Notes under the pieces: model-generated
Database searches by the model: none
Told to the model about the DNA's origin: nothing
What the model saw: only the letters and a program-made list of their open reading frames with translations
Assembly (NCBI RefSeq): GCF_001194135.2
Contig: NC_068981.1
Location: forward strand, 121,577,864 to 121,626,198
Length of the DNA stretch: 48,335 nucleotides
Reading direction: 5' to 3'
Origin: Octopus bimaculoides
Lineage: Eukaryota
Translations under genes and position numbers: made by a program
Shown here: piece after piece, positions 9,693 through 23,376 of the stretch
Layout: each line of letters starts with the position of its first letter
Position numbering within the stretch: the stretch's first letter is position 1

Positions 9693-11902
9693 ATATATAT
9701 ATATATATATATGCACACACACACACAAGTTATTATTTGAAGGATATGAGTTATTATTTGAAGGATAACTCACCAATTTAAATAGGTTGTGATATCCCAT
9801 TTGTCTCTACGAGAACACTGCTAGTGATTTCATAGTTTGGCATTTATTACCGTCATCAAATTGTGAAGAAAAAAATTTCGGTGCATTTTGTGGCTTAAAC
9901 AATGACGCAATAACGTAGAATCTTTGAAACATGCATATATATCATTTTAACGTTTAGTTTATGTTTTTAGGTACATGTGGTTTCAGGAGAGAATCAATAT
10001 ATAGTAGAATAAGTTAGTGAAGAATAGGAGAATATGCAGGAGAGCATTTATAGTGTGATAGTAGAAAAGAAAAGGAGAAGAAATAAGGCATTGTTCTGGT
10101 TGAACAGTTTATATTAGCTTTGCTCGACATACGTATTCGTCTTCTAATTGTTTGGGAGCACACTTTAAAATCAGGTCATGGTCAACTTTTTTTCAAATAT
10201 TGTGTCCAAGCACATCGGTAACTTTCTCTCTTTCTCCAACATTTTCTCTTTTTCCCTCTCATTAACTTACTTTCCAGTTAACCAGAATAAAGTTTAGTGT
10301 ATTGTTCATATCAGTCTGAGTATTAAGAGAAAATGGAAGTAAGAAAACAGTTCATCGCTCTCTCCACACCCTTTTTACTATAAAATGACAAGCAAAAATT
10401 GGATGATTTCGTTTATAACAGTAAAATAAAATGACTCATCTGTTTGTAGTCATTGTAAAGATAATGCACATGGTTATTCATTCCCTTATGTTGGTTATCT
10501 GACATATCGTAAACTTCACATCTCAATCGAACTCAAATATAAATTTAAATAGTTTTGCTTTTTTTTTCTGTAGAGCTTTACGCAAGTTTTTTTTTTTAAT
10601 TTTCATTTTTAAATTTGATGTGACATATAGTATTGCCTGAGAAACGAGGTGGATAGAAGAGGAAGATGGATGAAAATGACATTATTTTACAATATATTCT
10701 ACACAGCCCATTTGGAATGTCGGTAGCCTTAAATATAACCCACGGCGTATCCATCATACATATAGACAAATCTCTATATGAGTAAAAGGAGGATGTGCGT
10801 TACAGACAAGATGACGCAGTGATCTAAGGTGGAGAAGGTGAAATCACGATTAACGTTTCGGCAGATGAATTTTCAGCTCTTCTTGATCCGTCGACATGTT
10901 TCTTTTGCATAATTCTGGAAGAGTTTAGGTGAAATATCACAAATATAAAGCAATTCAAAATATATATATGTCAAACATAATATCACATAGAAGAAAACAG
11001 TACTTCACTCTCGCTCCGCCAATACATTTTAAATACATTCTCTCTTTATTCAGCAACATTCTGATTCAAATACGTAACTTTAATGTTTATAAAAAATATA
11101 ATACCATGAATATTTTAAGTAAGCGATTGAAATTGCATTTCAAACATGTTGAATAAATGTTCATGTTATCTGGTAACTCTTGCTTTCATTGCGTCTAATA
11201 CAATTGTAGTAAGATGGCAGCCTCATAAAACTCAAATATTCGTCTGATAGAACCTACTCTCTCCTATATAAAGTAATTTTCAATCAAGAAACGCGTACAA
11301 TGAACAACATTATTCATCACTTTATATAATACACAGCCCACTTGGGATGTTGATACCCTTAAATATCATTTGAGAAAGTCATATCCACTATATCCACTAT
11401 ATAGAAACGTATATATCACAACATCTGAATTTCAGGTATGTGACTAATAAAATGTCTTCTTGGTGTGAACAAATCAATAACACATTTATAAACATAAAGC
11501 GTGAGTCACAGAAAAGACTTTTATTTTATGAGGCGAAGAGAGAAAATATATCATAGAACAATTTATATAATACAACGATACATGCTATATTATTAGCATT
11601 ATTCTGCGTTTGAGAATAAAATTATTTCCTTATCTGTATCCTTCAATACATCTCAACGCTTTTAAAGCAAACTTTGTTGACTTTCAACATAAGCTCAATT
11701 TATATAATAGAGTTTTAGTCTTCGCTTATAACTATATCTTTTACGTGTATTTCTATTTTCATATTTACTGTATTGGATAAGTGGGTATTCTAGCAATATC
11801 AGAGTTTTGGATATTCAAAATTTCAACCAAATGTATAAAAGCTTTATCTGAAACTTTGTTCATATTAACTGCGAAGTGTTCTAACAATAATTAAAATAAT
11901 CC

Positions 11903-12134
11903 TTTCTACAATGGGCAGAACGCCCAAATGTTTGCCCCTGGAGGGAGGAGAGGTCAAGGAGGCTACTATATTACATCTACTCCAATGCGCGAGTGATACT
12001 TATTTCAGCGACCTCGATGTCGGGATGAAAGACAAAGTCAATCTCGGTTGGATTCGAAATCAGAACGCAAAAACAGACGAAATGCTGCTAAACATTTTGT
12101 CTGCTGTGCAAAGAATTTCACCAGCTCTCCGCCT
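11903..12134 (-). mobile_element. tRNA-derived SINE (Meta-domain-like family), diverged
   Basis: Contains GGATGAAAGACAAAGTCAATCTCGGTTGGATTCGAA, the shared core of the copies at 26136 and 46831; head CCAGCTCTCCGCCT at the right end. Confidence 0.8.
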
Positions 12135-14249
12135 GATATTAATTAAAATAATAACGCTTAGCCCAAGTCATGCAACAAAGTTATAGATGTTTTGCTTCCA
12201 ACTCCTCTGAAAAAGCTACGAAAATTATTAAATCATAAAAGTAGTCCTGATAAAAATTCATCTGAAAGTGCGTATTTTAGTTACGTTGTTTTTGTTTATT
12301 TAAATAGCACTCAGTTTTGGATAAATTGAAGTAAGTTATTGAAAGAGAATGGTAAAATTTAGCTCATGAAAACCTATCGGCATAAATCTAATATCGAGTA
12401 AAAAAAAATCCAATATCCGGCACAATATCAAAACCTTAGTAGAAATTGAAGAGACTGAATATTGTTTGCTAAAATGTATATAGATGAAAATTCATAAATT
12501 TGTTTTTGCTCTGTTTTGTTTTTGTTTTTTGTCTAGGGTTAGTTTTGTCTTGGAAGTTTTTTCATGAAGATGCTTTCATAATATCTTCTCAATGCCTTGA
12601 ATATGTAAATTGCCAACAAACTTTTACCTATCATAATTTCATTATGCTATTAGCAAGTGCGTTTGAGATACTGTTATGCAGAGAAATGATTAAATAAGCT
12701 TAACATAGGTTTCAAATCCTTATTTTGCAGATATTTTATATATTCAACACCTACCTAAAAGCAAACAATATGAAGAAGCCATTACAAGATGGCTTTACCT
12801 ATTATAAATAGTAGCTGTATTTTCTTGCTTTAAAATAAATTGGAGGTTATGATAGATAATGTAGTCTAGATTCAACTTGCCAGAAAGATCACGTGGTCAC
12901 GGGAAGTTTACTTTTGATCGTAAATTTTGATCATTACATCTCTGAGGTAAACGATAACACCCAACTGGAAAAAAATAATACATTTTAATGATAATACTTA
13001 AAATAGTTTAATATACTTTATGCCGTCAGGAAAATCTTTCATGTTTCTCACTGAAATGATTGTCGAAGAGAAAATAAATGCGGATATATCTTTTTAGAGA
13101 CTAAAATTCATTCAACTGACAATACTATAAGAACATCACAAGCTGCCATGATTTCTATTATTTCAATGGACTTTGATTGTTGAGTCATTTCAATATGGAA
13201 CATTAAATGAGAAATGGAAACATATCCTAGAGCGTTGTACTGCTGATCACTGATTCAATCAGCTCAAGGTTACAAGCAGAATATGTCTGCCGAAGTTTCA
13301 CCCACAGTATCATTCCTGTGATGCTTTGTATATTGCATAAATTTCCCAATATTAAAAAGGAGGAAAATATTCTATTGATAAAGCCCTAGTACATATTATG
13401 CCTTGTATATATTTAAACTTCTAAATACTAACAGGCATTAGAAAAAGAAGTTTCAAATCTTTCATATTCAAACTTAGTATTAGGAATAAAACACTCTAGG
13501 TAGTCCTAGATACACCATGCTTGAATAAAGTCTAAGAAGTCCTAAACTTGAGTGTCCTTGAATATTTGGGATGACCTAATTACAAGAATTTATAATGGAA
13601 GGCGTATGCAACTTTTTCTCGTTCACATATATATTATAGTAAACTGAAAAACTTGCAATTTACTATATTTTCTACGTGTGCCCCTGCTGTTTCTCTATCT
13701 GGTATATAGAAAGTTCCACCGTGATATTTTTCCTCAATCATATTTTGGAAAAAACTACCATGACATATCCCGAGATTCGCAAGATACCCCAACTGAAATC
13801 TCATGTACATATATGTAATCACAACTTTCTGACCGTGATATTTTTGTCTTTTTATGGTTCATTTAGGGCCTTCATTACAGTTGGTCATTAAATTACATAT
13901 GTGTAATTTCCCCGTCTGTTGAAGATATCATGTGTCACAGGAGATAAGTTACTTTTTCACATCGTTCATTTCTTTATGATATTCTTCTACAGTTCAGAAC
14001 ATTAAAATATAGGCTCTCTACTCACAAATAATGCATATCGAAACACAAATTGATTCGAGGTGTTTATATTTTAATCACATCAATTTTAGTGTCCATTGCT
14101 TTAGAAATCATATGAATTGAAAGTTGGTGTGTAATGTCATTTTTGTGAAAATCCTGACAGAATAAAGTTAGCACTGGTAACTTAAAACACTCGCAAGTTA
14201 AGTTTCTGCTAGTATAAAACACAAGATTCTAAGGCAATACTTTCTGTTA

Positions 14250-15327
14250 CGACGGAGGTGAGTTGAAAAGTTCATAGGTGACTATGAAGGAATGATGCTA
14301 GGGCTGTGAAGTCCTGCTGCATTAATTTCAACACTTCTTTTTAATAATTACATTGTTTTTTTACAGGTAAACTGACATATGACTGTTCAAAGATGGCTTC
14401 AAAAGTAATTAGTAGTGTCTTCCCTTGAAAATGGACAAAATCTGCCATCGTCGTGTTATCAACTACCTGCAGAAAAAGGGTTTAGCTACCAAGGATATCC
14501 ATGTTAATATACTAGCTACATAATGTAGCCAGTATTACGCTCGAACTTTATCAATAGGTCATAGTGAGCAATTGATTTTAGGAGGGGAAGGAGAAGACTT
14601 GAAGATGATTCAAGGGATGGGTATCTTGCAACTCCCACCACAGAGGAAACCATTCTGTTCACCACATGTTGATGGATGGCAGGCGATTGACTATAAATCA
14701 TATTGCCAATGCTATTAACATATCCTGTGAGAGAGTTGAGAATTTTCTGCCTCATGTACTTGGCACGACGAAGGTTTCTGCTCGGTGACTGTCGCGTCTT
14801 CTGACACGTGATCAAAAGCGCAGCAGGCTGATCACATCATGGGAAAATCTGATATTGTCTGAGGCAGATCCAGCTGGTTTCCTTGAAAGCTTATCTAATT
14901 CAGAATGAATGTTAGGTTGATGACATAGAACTAGAGACAAAGAGATAATCCATATAGTGGAAACACCCCCGCTCACCTGCTCCAAAGAAGGTCAAGTTCA
15001 TTTATTCTGCAGGGAGGTGATGACCTCCGTCTTTGAGGATGTAAAAGGCATGGTGTTTATTGACTATCTTCAAGAAGACAACGCCATCTACGGAGAGCAC
15101 ACTGCCACCTTACCTGGGAACAAGTATTGCAGTGGTAATGACGCCATATCCGTTGTTGATGACATTTTTTCAAACATAATGAAAGCTTCTTCAAAAGTGG
15201 GTTCCAAGCACCACTGATGGAAAAAGTGTGTGGACCGTAAGGAAGACTATATTGAAAAATAAACCTCATTTACTCACATTCCATGCGAGTATTTTGGTCT
15301 GCCTATTAACTTTTCTACCAGCCTTCG
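14250..15327 (+). mobile_element. mariner (Tc1/mariner) DNA transposon, internally deleted, non-functional
   Basis: Imperfect TIRs (CGACGGAGGTGAGTTGAAAAGTTCATAGG versus the reverse complement of CCTATTAACTTTTCTACCAGCCTTCG) flanked by TA. Transposase relic 14431-15262: MDKICHRRVINYLQKKGL.., LLTRDQKRSR.., KGMVFIDYLQ.., WKKCVDRKEDYIEK*, with stops and frameshifts. Confidence 0.92.
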
Positions 15328-15991
15328 TATTTGAAAACCATCACATATTACGAAACTATGATTATTTTAAGTGCCTTCTTTGTTCCCTTGTGAGAAATAT
15401 TATTTTTAAGTGTTATGAGTAGTTGAGTATAAGAAATAGCAATGATTTATACCTTATATAAGAATTATTTAAGGGCTATGACAATAAAATTCATCAATAT
15501 TTTCAGTGGAAATGAATCACCTAAAGAGAAGAAAAATCAACTTATTGCATTACATGTATTTTATCATTAGTCGAAATGCCTTCAATTTATTTATCCTGTT
15601 CATGATTTTGTGAAGGATATTAATATAACGAAATTTACATTAGATGCTATGCGGTATTCGTCTCGGAGCAAATAGTAAAATATAATCTAAAGAACAATTA
15701 TGATTGTCTCTCACGACAAAAAATTATTTCAACTCATTTCTTACAGAATCATTAAGAAAGCAACATATAGCAAATCCTTCAGAAATGTATACAAAGAGTG
15801 ATTTCAATGAATTTACTTTCAAAGCCACATATCCTGTGTCACGTTTCTCGTCTTACAATATGCACTTAATCAGAAGAAACAAGTCTTTTTATTGTCAGAA
15901 AGATTGCAGATGCGAGTGTCATTATAAAAGCCCGGTATAAATCTGGTATTTTTTGTTCATTGTTAGTCAGGCAAACAAATACATTTGTCTG

Positions 15992-15992
<1 letters not shown>

Positions 15993-16080
<88 letters not shown>
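15993..16080. repeat. (TG)n microsatellite; similar long tracts at about 7470-7598, 9637-9690, 43901-43986 and 44474-44523
   Basis: Read directly. Confidence 0.97.
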
Positions 16081-16082
<2 letters not shown>

Positions 16083-16189
16083 AGATAAAATAACACAACA
16101 AAGCAATGGCAGTGTGAAATTTCTATGTCATTTATAAAGAGAAAGGTAGTCTTACAGCTGTTTCAGGTCTATACAGAGATGACACTTTG

Positions 16190-17186
16190 CTAGTCACCAA
16201 GGGCGTTAGAACGAATTAGGGTCTTAGATTACACAAATTGTTCTACAACTTAAATCTATCCATTACATTTGAAAATTCCCTTAAAACCGCTCATTTTTAG
16301 ACGTTATTTTAATGTTAGAAACCTCCCAATACTCCCCATATCATAAATCCAACCAGTACCTTAAATACTTAAACATTAATTCCAGTCAGCACAAATCCAT
16401 CTTCTATGATATATTTAAGGGCATTTCAATTCGTATATCTGACCTCTCAGCAACTGAAGAAATATTCATTAACAATGCCCCATATTACAATCAAGTGCTC
16501 GTTGCCATTAGCTTCTCCCAACGAATAAAATACATCTCTAATACTACGCTCAAACACCATATATCTCAAGTCATATAACCACTACATGCTAACTATCATA
16601 ATCATAACGGACCATACGTGAACTATACTAGAGCCCGGTCAGAACATAGATTACGACGGCTTAGACACCACACGCACACATACAACGCTTGGTCAAAAGC
16701 TAAAACACCTAACAATAACGGGCCCTACACCGACCCACCTAATTTCTAAAAATATAGATTATACTACCCCTAAGCAACCACATAAAGCGGAGGATGGACG
16801 TTCTATTTCATAGTAAACACATCCTTTCTCATTAAATATTAAGAACTTTGCCAAATTCTTTTTTAATACATAAGACGCCAACATCACTCGTCAACATAAA
16901 TATTACTCTATCTTTAATAGATCTACTTTAAACCTATCCTATTCTTCCTCGCCGAACTCTGAGTTTATCGTAACAGCCTCTAGTGAACGAAAACTTTCTC
17001 TCTATTATCAAAATATAGACCGAAACAACTCTGAAGACACAAGCACCCAACTCATACATAGTTCCAACATCGAACCCAATACTTTAGACCATAACGAAGA
17101 CCTACCATCCTACTAACACTAATCAGAATACTAATACCCTAACATGCACCACAAATACTGGTAGGATAAATAGTAACAACGATAGA

Positions 17187-17268
<82 letters not shown>

Positions 17269-17422
17269 TTAACAACACAGACAAAATCTACCCCCATATG
17301 TAGCCTCTGCCTAAACAGTATTACTTCCTCCATTCTTGAGAATAATCCCCACGATTAGCCCTCAAATGTAATTTACAAAGCACTATCCTCAACACGCTAC
17401 ACAATTTTACAAACATATATAT
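16190..17422 (+). mobile_element. Penelope-like retroelement remnant (RT C-terminus to start of GIY-YIG), running into the assembly gap
   Basis: FLDV..SPYHKSNQYLKYLNINSSQH..KGISIRISDLSATEEIFINNAPYYNQVL (16290-16500); HKYYSIFNRSTLNLSYSS (about 16895-16950); SNVIYKA..TYI at 17363-17422 matches the VIY..YIG endonuclease motif. Frameshifted, with an internal (AAT)n. Confidence 0.88.
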
Positions 17423-18373
17423 NNNNNNNNNNNNNNNNNNNNNNNNNNNNNNNNNNNNNNNNNNNNNNNNNNNNNNNNNNNNNNNNNNNNNNNNNNNNNN
17501 NNNNNNNNNNNNNNNNNNNNNNNNNNNNNNNNNNNNNNNNNNNNNNNNNNNNNNNNNNNNNNNNNNNNNNNNNNNNNNNNNNNNNNNNNNNNNNNNNNNN
17601 NNNNNNNNNNNNNNNNNNNNNNNNNNNNNNNNNNNNNNNNNNNNNNNNNNNNNNNNNNNNNNNNNNNNNNNNNNNNNNNNNNNNNNNNNNNNNNNNNNNN
17701 NNNNNNNNNNNNNNNNNNNNNNNNNNNNNNNNNNNNNNNNNNNNNNNNNNNNNNNNNNNNNNNNNNNNNNNNNNNNNNNNNNNNNNNNNNNNNNNNNNNN
17801 NNNNNNNNNNNNNNNNNNNNNNNNNNNNNNNNNNNNNNNNNNNNNNNNNNNNNNNNNNNNNNNNNNNNNNNNNNNNNNNNNNNNNNNNNNNNNNNNNNNN
17901 NNNNNNNNNNNNNNNNNNNNNNNNNNNNNNNNNNNNNNNNNNNNNNNNNNNNNNNNNNNNNNNNNNNNNNNNNNNNNNNNNNNNNNNNNNNNNNNNNNNN
18001 NNNNNNNNNNNNNNNNNNNNNNNNNNNNNNNNNNNNNNNNNNNNNNNNNNNNNNNNNNNNNNNNNNNNNNNNNNNNNNNNNNNNNNNNNNNNNNNNNNNN
18101 NNNNNNNNNNNNNNNNNNNNNNNNNNNNNNNNNNNNNNNNNNNNNNNNNNNNNNNNNNNNNNNNNNNNNNNNNNNNNNNNNNNNNNNNNNNNNNNNNNNN
18201 NNNNNNNNNNNNNNNNNNNNNNNNNNNNNNNNNNNNNNNNNNNNNNNNNNNNNNNNNNNNNNNNNNNNNNNNNNNNNNNNNNNNNNNNNNNNNNNNNNNN
18301 NNNNNNNNNNNNNNNNNNNNNNNNNNNNNNNNNNNNNNNNNNNNNNNNNNNNNNNNNNNNNNNNNNNNNNNNN
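17423..18373. other. Assembly gap (N-run); others at 8738-8747, 22763-23032, 25200-25361, 28548-28728, 32075-32174 and 45749-45758
   Basis: Runs of N, mostly abutting microsatellites. Confidence 0.99.
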
Positions 18374-20607
18374 CTCTCTTTCTCTCTTCTCTTCCCACGT
18401 GACCGGAGTTCGGCCAAGCCTAGTCTTTCTTTCTTCGCCGGCCGTTGTGCGTGCAACATCGAATTGCTCTCTGTGCCTGTGAAATCATGTATCCCTGCTG
18501 TAAGGCTTTATTTCCACACAGGCCAGCTTAATTTAATTCGTCCTTAGTCGAAAGACATCTGTTGTTATGTCCTGTTATATTATTTCTATTTTTATTGCAT
18601 TTGTGCAACATTGCTACCTACCTGTCTAAAAGATTGACAGGAACACAACTGTTTAACATGGACGATTTCAAAACGCGAAAGATGCCATGAAATATATTGA
18701 AGTCACTTCATCGGATAGAAATAGACGTAATTGTTCATTAGATGATATTTAGTTTGAATTAGTAAACATTTTTTAAGTAAATTTAGGCCAGGAAAATATT
18801 CACATATATATTTGACCTAAGGATGAAGAAAAGAGCAAAGTATTTTGCAGGGCTTCTTAGTCTTATGAGACAATACTATTGAAAACCTAGAAGGAAGTTG
18901 GTGAAAAATACGAATACTTTTTTTGCTGAAGATGATAACCAACAGGCAAGTTCAGAGAAAGAAAAAGTGTGGTAAGAGTGAGGGGACAGTCAGTATGAGA
19001 ATGCAGTTAGTCATCTATAAATATTATGAATATCTTTGACTAAAAATGGTTACATGAATACTATATATATATATATACCGATCACGCCGCTTGGCTTTTA
19101 GTGATACATGACGTTGAAGAATAATGATACACATACGATCGTATGTAAAACAAATCGTAGGGCAATATATCAATATGTCAAAAATAAGTATAAAAATAAA
19201 AAAGATTCATAATTTCGACTTTCTTCAGTTTTTAGTGTCAAGATTAAATATTATCATAAAATTGTTTACCTGTAGGAAAAATGAAAATTATATTTGAAAA
19301 CCAAAATCGAACAGGAATGCAAAACGAAGCATTCTCAATTTAAGTTTTTAAATTCTGATCAGAATATCACTCCGAGCATGGGTTTTGATACTTTTTTATG
19401 ATTCATGACCTCTATATCGATTTCGAGTCATCAAAACGTATTACCCTGCACTTTCAGGTCGTAACAATAACTGTTAAAAATAAAAGTAGATTAAAAAGAG
19501 AAACTAAAAAAATAAAAGTATAATTGTGTTTTGAAAACACCGATCATTTTAATGAGATTTTTAATGCATATTACATTTTATAATGCAATTTGCAAAGGAA
19601 AAAATGCAAGATGCAGCGCATGCTACATGCAATGTACGAGACAATGCAAATAGAACATTTAAAACAGAAAAGTCTTAAAGGAATTAGCTGATGTTATGGC
19701 AGAATCTAATCTTAAGTCCCATTCTTCCATGAAGTGATAGAAACAATAGAAAAATAATGCTTCGTTAAATGAGCATGATGCATATGAGATTAAAGAGGAA
19801 GATGATACGTTAATGCATTTTCCACATGGATTTATTGCAATAAGTGAACCCATTGCAGAGGTAAATTAGAACTAGGATCTATTCACTTAGAACCACGCTA
19901 ACCAGAAGTTATGGCTGTTAAAGTATGTCGGTAGGAGCAACAGTTTCTGAAGTAATGATGATAGAGTTAAAATTTTTCTGCTATCCGTAAAGGATCAAAC
20001 ATTGCTTATAAAGAATGGAAATAAATGGTAACATTACAAATGTGTCTCTATTGTTCAAATGTCGAAACAGATTCAGACACCAAGACAGATATGTGTATGT
20101 ACATGTGGGTTTACACTTAGAAACATCCGCACCCATAATCACATATACGTACACATAAGTACATGCATTCAGACATACATGTATACAGACATATATACAT
20201 ACAGAAATATAGGAATTACAGTCCGCCTCTTTATCGAAACTGCTTTCAGGAAAGTTTGCTACATCTGTCGGAAGTTAATAAAACTGAACGTTATCTCTGA
20301 AGCTGACGCACTAAAAGCAGGCTGAGTGAGAATCATTCAAAGACACCACATTGTTAACAATTTCGTTTCTAAATATTTCATCGAATAGGTGGTGGTGGTA
20401 GTAGGAAAAGTGAGTTAAAAGTATCGCAGTATTAAGTTACACACATTTACCATCTCTACTGAAAATCTTGTTAAGGAAAATGCGAAGCAATACAATTTCT
20501 GAAGTGATTATCTCTCTCTCTCTCTCTCTCTCTTTTTGGTGGGGGGTTATATGAAGAACATTACATAATGTATCTTTTATCATTTTTCTTTTTGTTTGAG
20601 ACGGTGG

Positions 20608-20674
20608 ATTATGATTTGAAAGGGATTTGGCCACCATTTCTAGCCAGTTTAGCAACAGTGTAGAGACAGCCTCC
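20608..20674 (+). repeat. Short interspersed repeat fragment; further copies at 21354-21403 (+) and 44671-44726 (-)
   Basis: Three copies share (T)GATTTGA-GG-GATTTGGC---(A)TTTCTAGC---T-GAGC-AC. Confidence 0.55.
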
Positions 20675-21972
20675 TTAGTTCCTATAAGAAGCGGTAATAT
20701 ATTTGTGCCATTTTCATAGACTACTTTTTGCTTGTACGCGGGTTTAAGAAACCAATATTTCTCTTGCATATCATCTATTTTCCATCTTTCTATGCTATGA
20801 CGTATTTAATTGTGCAATCAACAAAAGGATGAAAGAAAAGACATTTATATCACAATAGATTATAAGCATTTTAGCATTCGGTCTTATCTCACATATATAT
20901 AAATAGAACAGACGTTGTATAATAGTAATAACCCCCGGGAAAGTTGTGTTTACAAGGTATTTAAGCTTTCATTGCTTTATATTCATGTATTTCTAGTTAA
21001 GACCATATATTGGTTAAGTATAATTACATAAGAGGACATTTGCCTTCGGCACTGTTCAATGCGATCGAACCCTGAACTACAGGTTTGCGAATGTAATATG
21101 TACACCCTCGTATATGCTTCGCTTTGACTCCATATTTCCCGTTTCATATTGCGGAGACTGAGAATGCGGCGACTTCTTCATATCTTTGGAATGGAGCAAA
21201 ACGTTAAGACGAAGACAGAAAAGCTTTAAAAAGCACAACCGTTGATATCTGGTTATATAATATATGATCAGAAGCTTTCCAGTCTGTTGTTTTATGATCC
21301 TATTAGTGTACATTCAATATACGTGGAGATTTTTAAATGAAGAATTGGGTAACATATGATTTCAGGAAAATTTGGCTGATATTTCTAACAGACCAAGCGA
21401 CCAGCCTGATACCCTTCCCAACCATTATACCATTGGGAGAATATGACAAACAATACTATTGAAGGGAATAGACACTTTACTACTTTTCTTCAATGTTTCA
21501 CATGAAAAATTACAATTAAAGATAGTCTGTGTTGATTTAAAATGTATTAAATAAAACTGAATGATAGCTAGTCTATGATACTTATAGCTTTCTATGATAC
21601 TTATTGTCTTTAAAATGTTATCACACATATGTATTAATATATTCATTGGTAAGCATCTTAGATGATAAAATAAAATGCTCACAAAGATATTCGTTGGAAT
21701 GTTAGATGTATTTTGTTTTCCAATTTTTTGTTATTTTGCTCATGGTGTTTTACTAACTGTAATGAATTGTAGTCGTTTCTTGCCAAATAATACGTGTTTT
21801 ATTGCGTTGACAAATTTCCAATTTCGTGTTTACAATGAGTGATGAGGCTAGCAATTTACGATCCGTTTATTTTTACACAGAAACATTTGTCACTCAACAA
21901 TTTCCGAAATATGTAGTGATAGATGGTAAAAATAAGAATGAATATAGTTGAAAATGTAGATTAAACATCTGT

Positions 21973-22075
21973 GAGGCTATAGCTACGTGGTTAAAAAGTT
22001 AGAATGGAAAACATTTGTTACCAGATTCTATCTCAGAGAAAGGGCTCATAGGCAAGTGCTTTCTACTGTGGCTCG
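21973..22075 (+). mobile_element. Decayed SINE head (same family as 36354-36750)
   Basis: GGCTATAGCTACGTGGTTAAAAAGTT...GGCAAGTGCTTTCTACTGTGGCTCGG parallels GGCAAGTGTCTTCTACTTTAGCCTGG at about 36420. Confidence 0.45.
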
Positions 22076-23032
22076 GTTTTGCTAATAACAGGCGAGTACA
22101 AATTCAAAGGTGTTAATTCAACAAACATATGTTCTATGCATATATGCGCCATTTCCTCCATCTATCTATACATATGTAGTGTAAATACAAACAACAATTA
22201 AAGCAACAATACAGGTGGTTTAAGGTTTTAGCTTAACACTTTATAGGAAGAAGAAAGTTTTATAACGTCTGGGCGCTTAGCCGTTCAACAGGGAAAAAGA
22301 GTGTAGAGGTAGTTAAAACTAGAAACAAAAGCAGAAAATAAAAATACAATGATAAAAGTGATTATGATTAAGTTATAATATAGTAAGACTGCTTTTCTAT
22401 GGTAGAAGACAGGGATGGGTGTATGTATGCTGGTATAACAGTGTATTCATGTCTTGAACCAAGCATAAAAGGAACTGATGTGTGCGTGTGTGTGTGCGTG
22501 TGTGTGTGCGTTTATGTGTGTGTGTGTGTACGTGTGTGTGTGTGTGTGTGTGTGCGTGCGCACGCCCGTGTGTGTGTAGATATATAATAGCGCAGGTTAG
22601 TAGGCATGTGGAATACTGATATGTGCATAAACTTGAAACGGGTGGTGAGAAAATGGGTGAGGCGAAATTTGATGTTGGTTATGAGAACAGGATAGTGTGA
22701 AGAATATGGAACGCATGATAAATGGGTATGTATGTGTATAACTATAAAATATTTTTTTACACNNNNNNNNNNNNNNNNNNNNNNNNNNNNNNNNNNNNNN
22801 NNNNNNNNNNNNNNNNNNNNNNNNNNNNNNNNNNNNNNNNNNNNNNNNNNNNNNNNNNNNNNNNNNNNNNNNNNNNNNNNNNNNNNNNNNNNNNNNNNNN
22901 NNNNNNNNNNNNNNNNNNNNNNNNNNNNNNNNNNNNNNNNNNNNNNNNNNNNNNNNNNNNNNNNNNNNNNNNNNNNNNNNNNNNNNNNNNNNNNNNNNNN
23001 NNNNNNNNNNNNNNNNNNNNNNNNNNNNNNNN

Positions 23033-23073
<41 letters not shown>

Positions 23074-23161
23074 GCATGTATGTATGTATGTATGTATGTA
23101 TACACACAAATAAATATGTATATCTGTGTGTGTGTGTGTGTGCGTGCGTGTGCGTGAATTT

Positions 23162-23376
23162 GACCCCACCATCACCACTACCACCACCACCGTTTAACAA
23201 ACGGTGTTGGTGTGTTTACGTCCTCGTAATAAAGCAGTTCAGCAAAAAGAACCGATAAAATAATAATCAGGCTTTAAAAATAAGTACTGAACTGGGTTCA
23301 TTCGACTAGAATTCCTTAGGGTGGTACCCCAGCATGGCCGCGGTCTGATGTCGGAAATAAATAAAACAAAAGATAG
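23162..23376 (+). mobile_element. SINE 3' half
   Basis: CCACCACCGTTTAACAAACGGTGTTGGTGTGTTTACGTCC...TAAGTACTG...GGTTCATTCGACTA...CCCCAGCATGGCCGC, homologous to 36560-36750 and 39240-39517. Confidence 0.85.

Noticed and set aside
17397-18459. Longest ORFs in the track (333 and 350 aa) and similar ones at 22512-23258, 25127-25436 and 28164-28878
   Set aside because: They consist almost entirely of X residues from N gaps.
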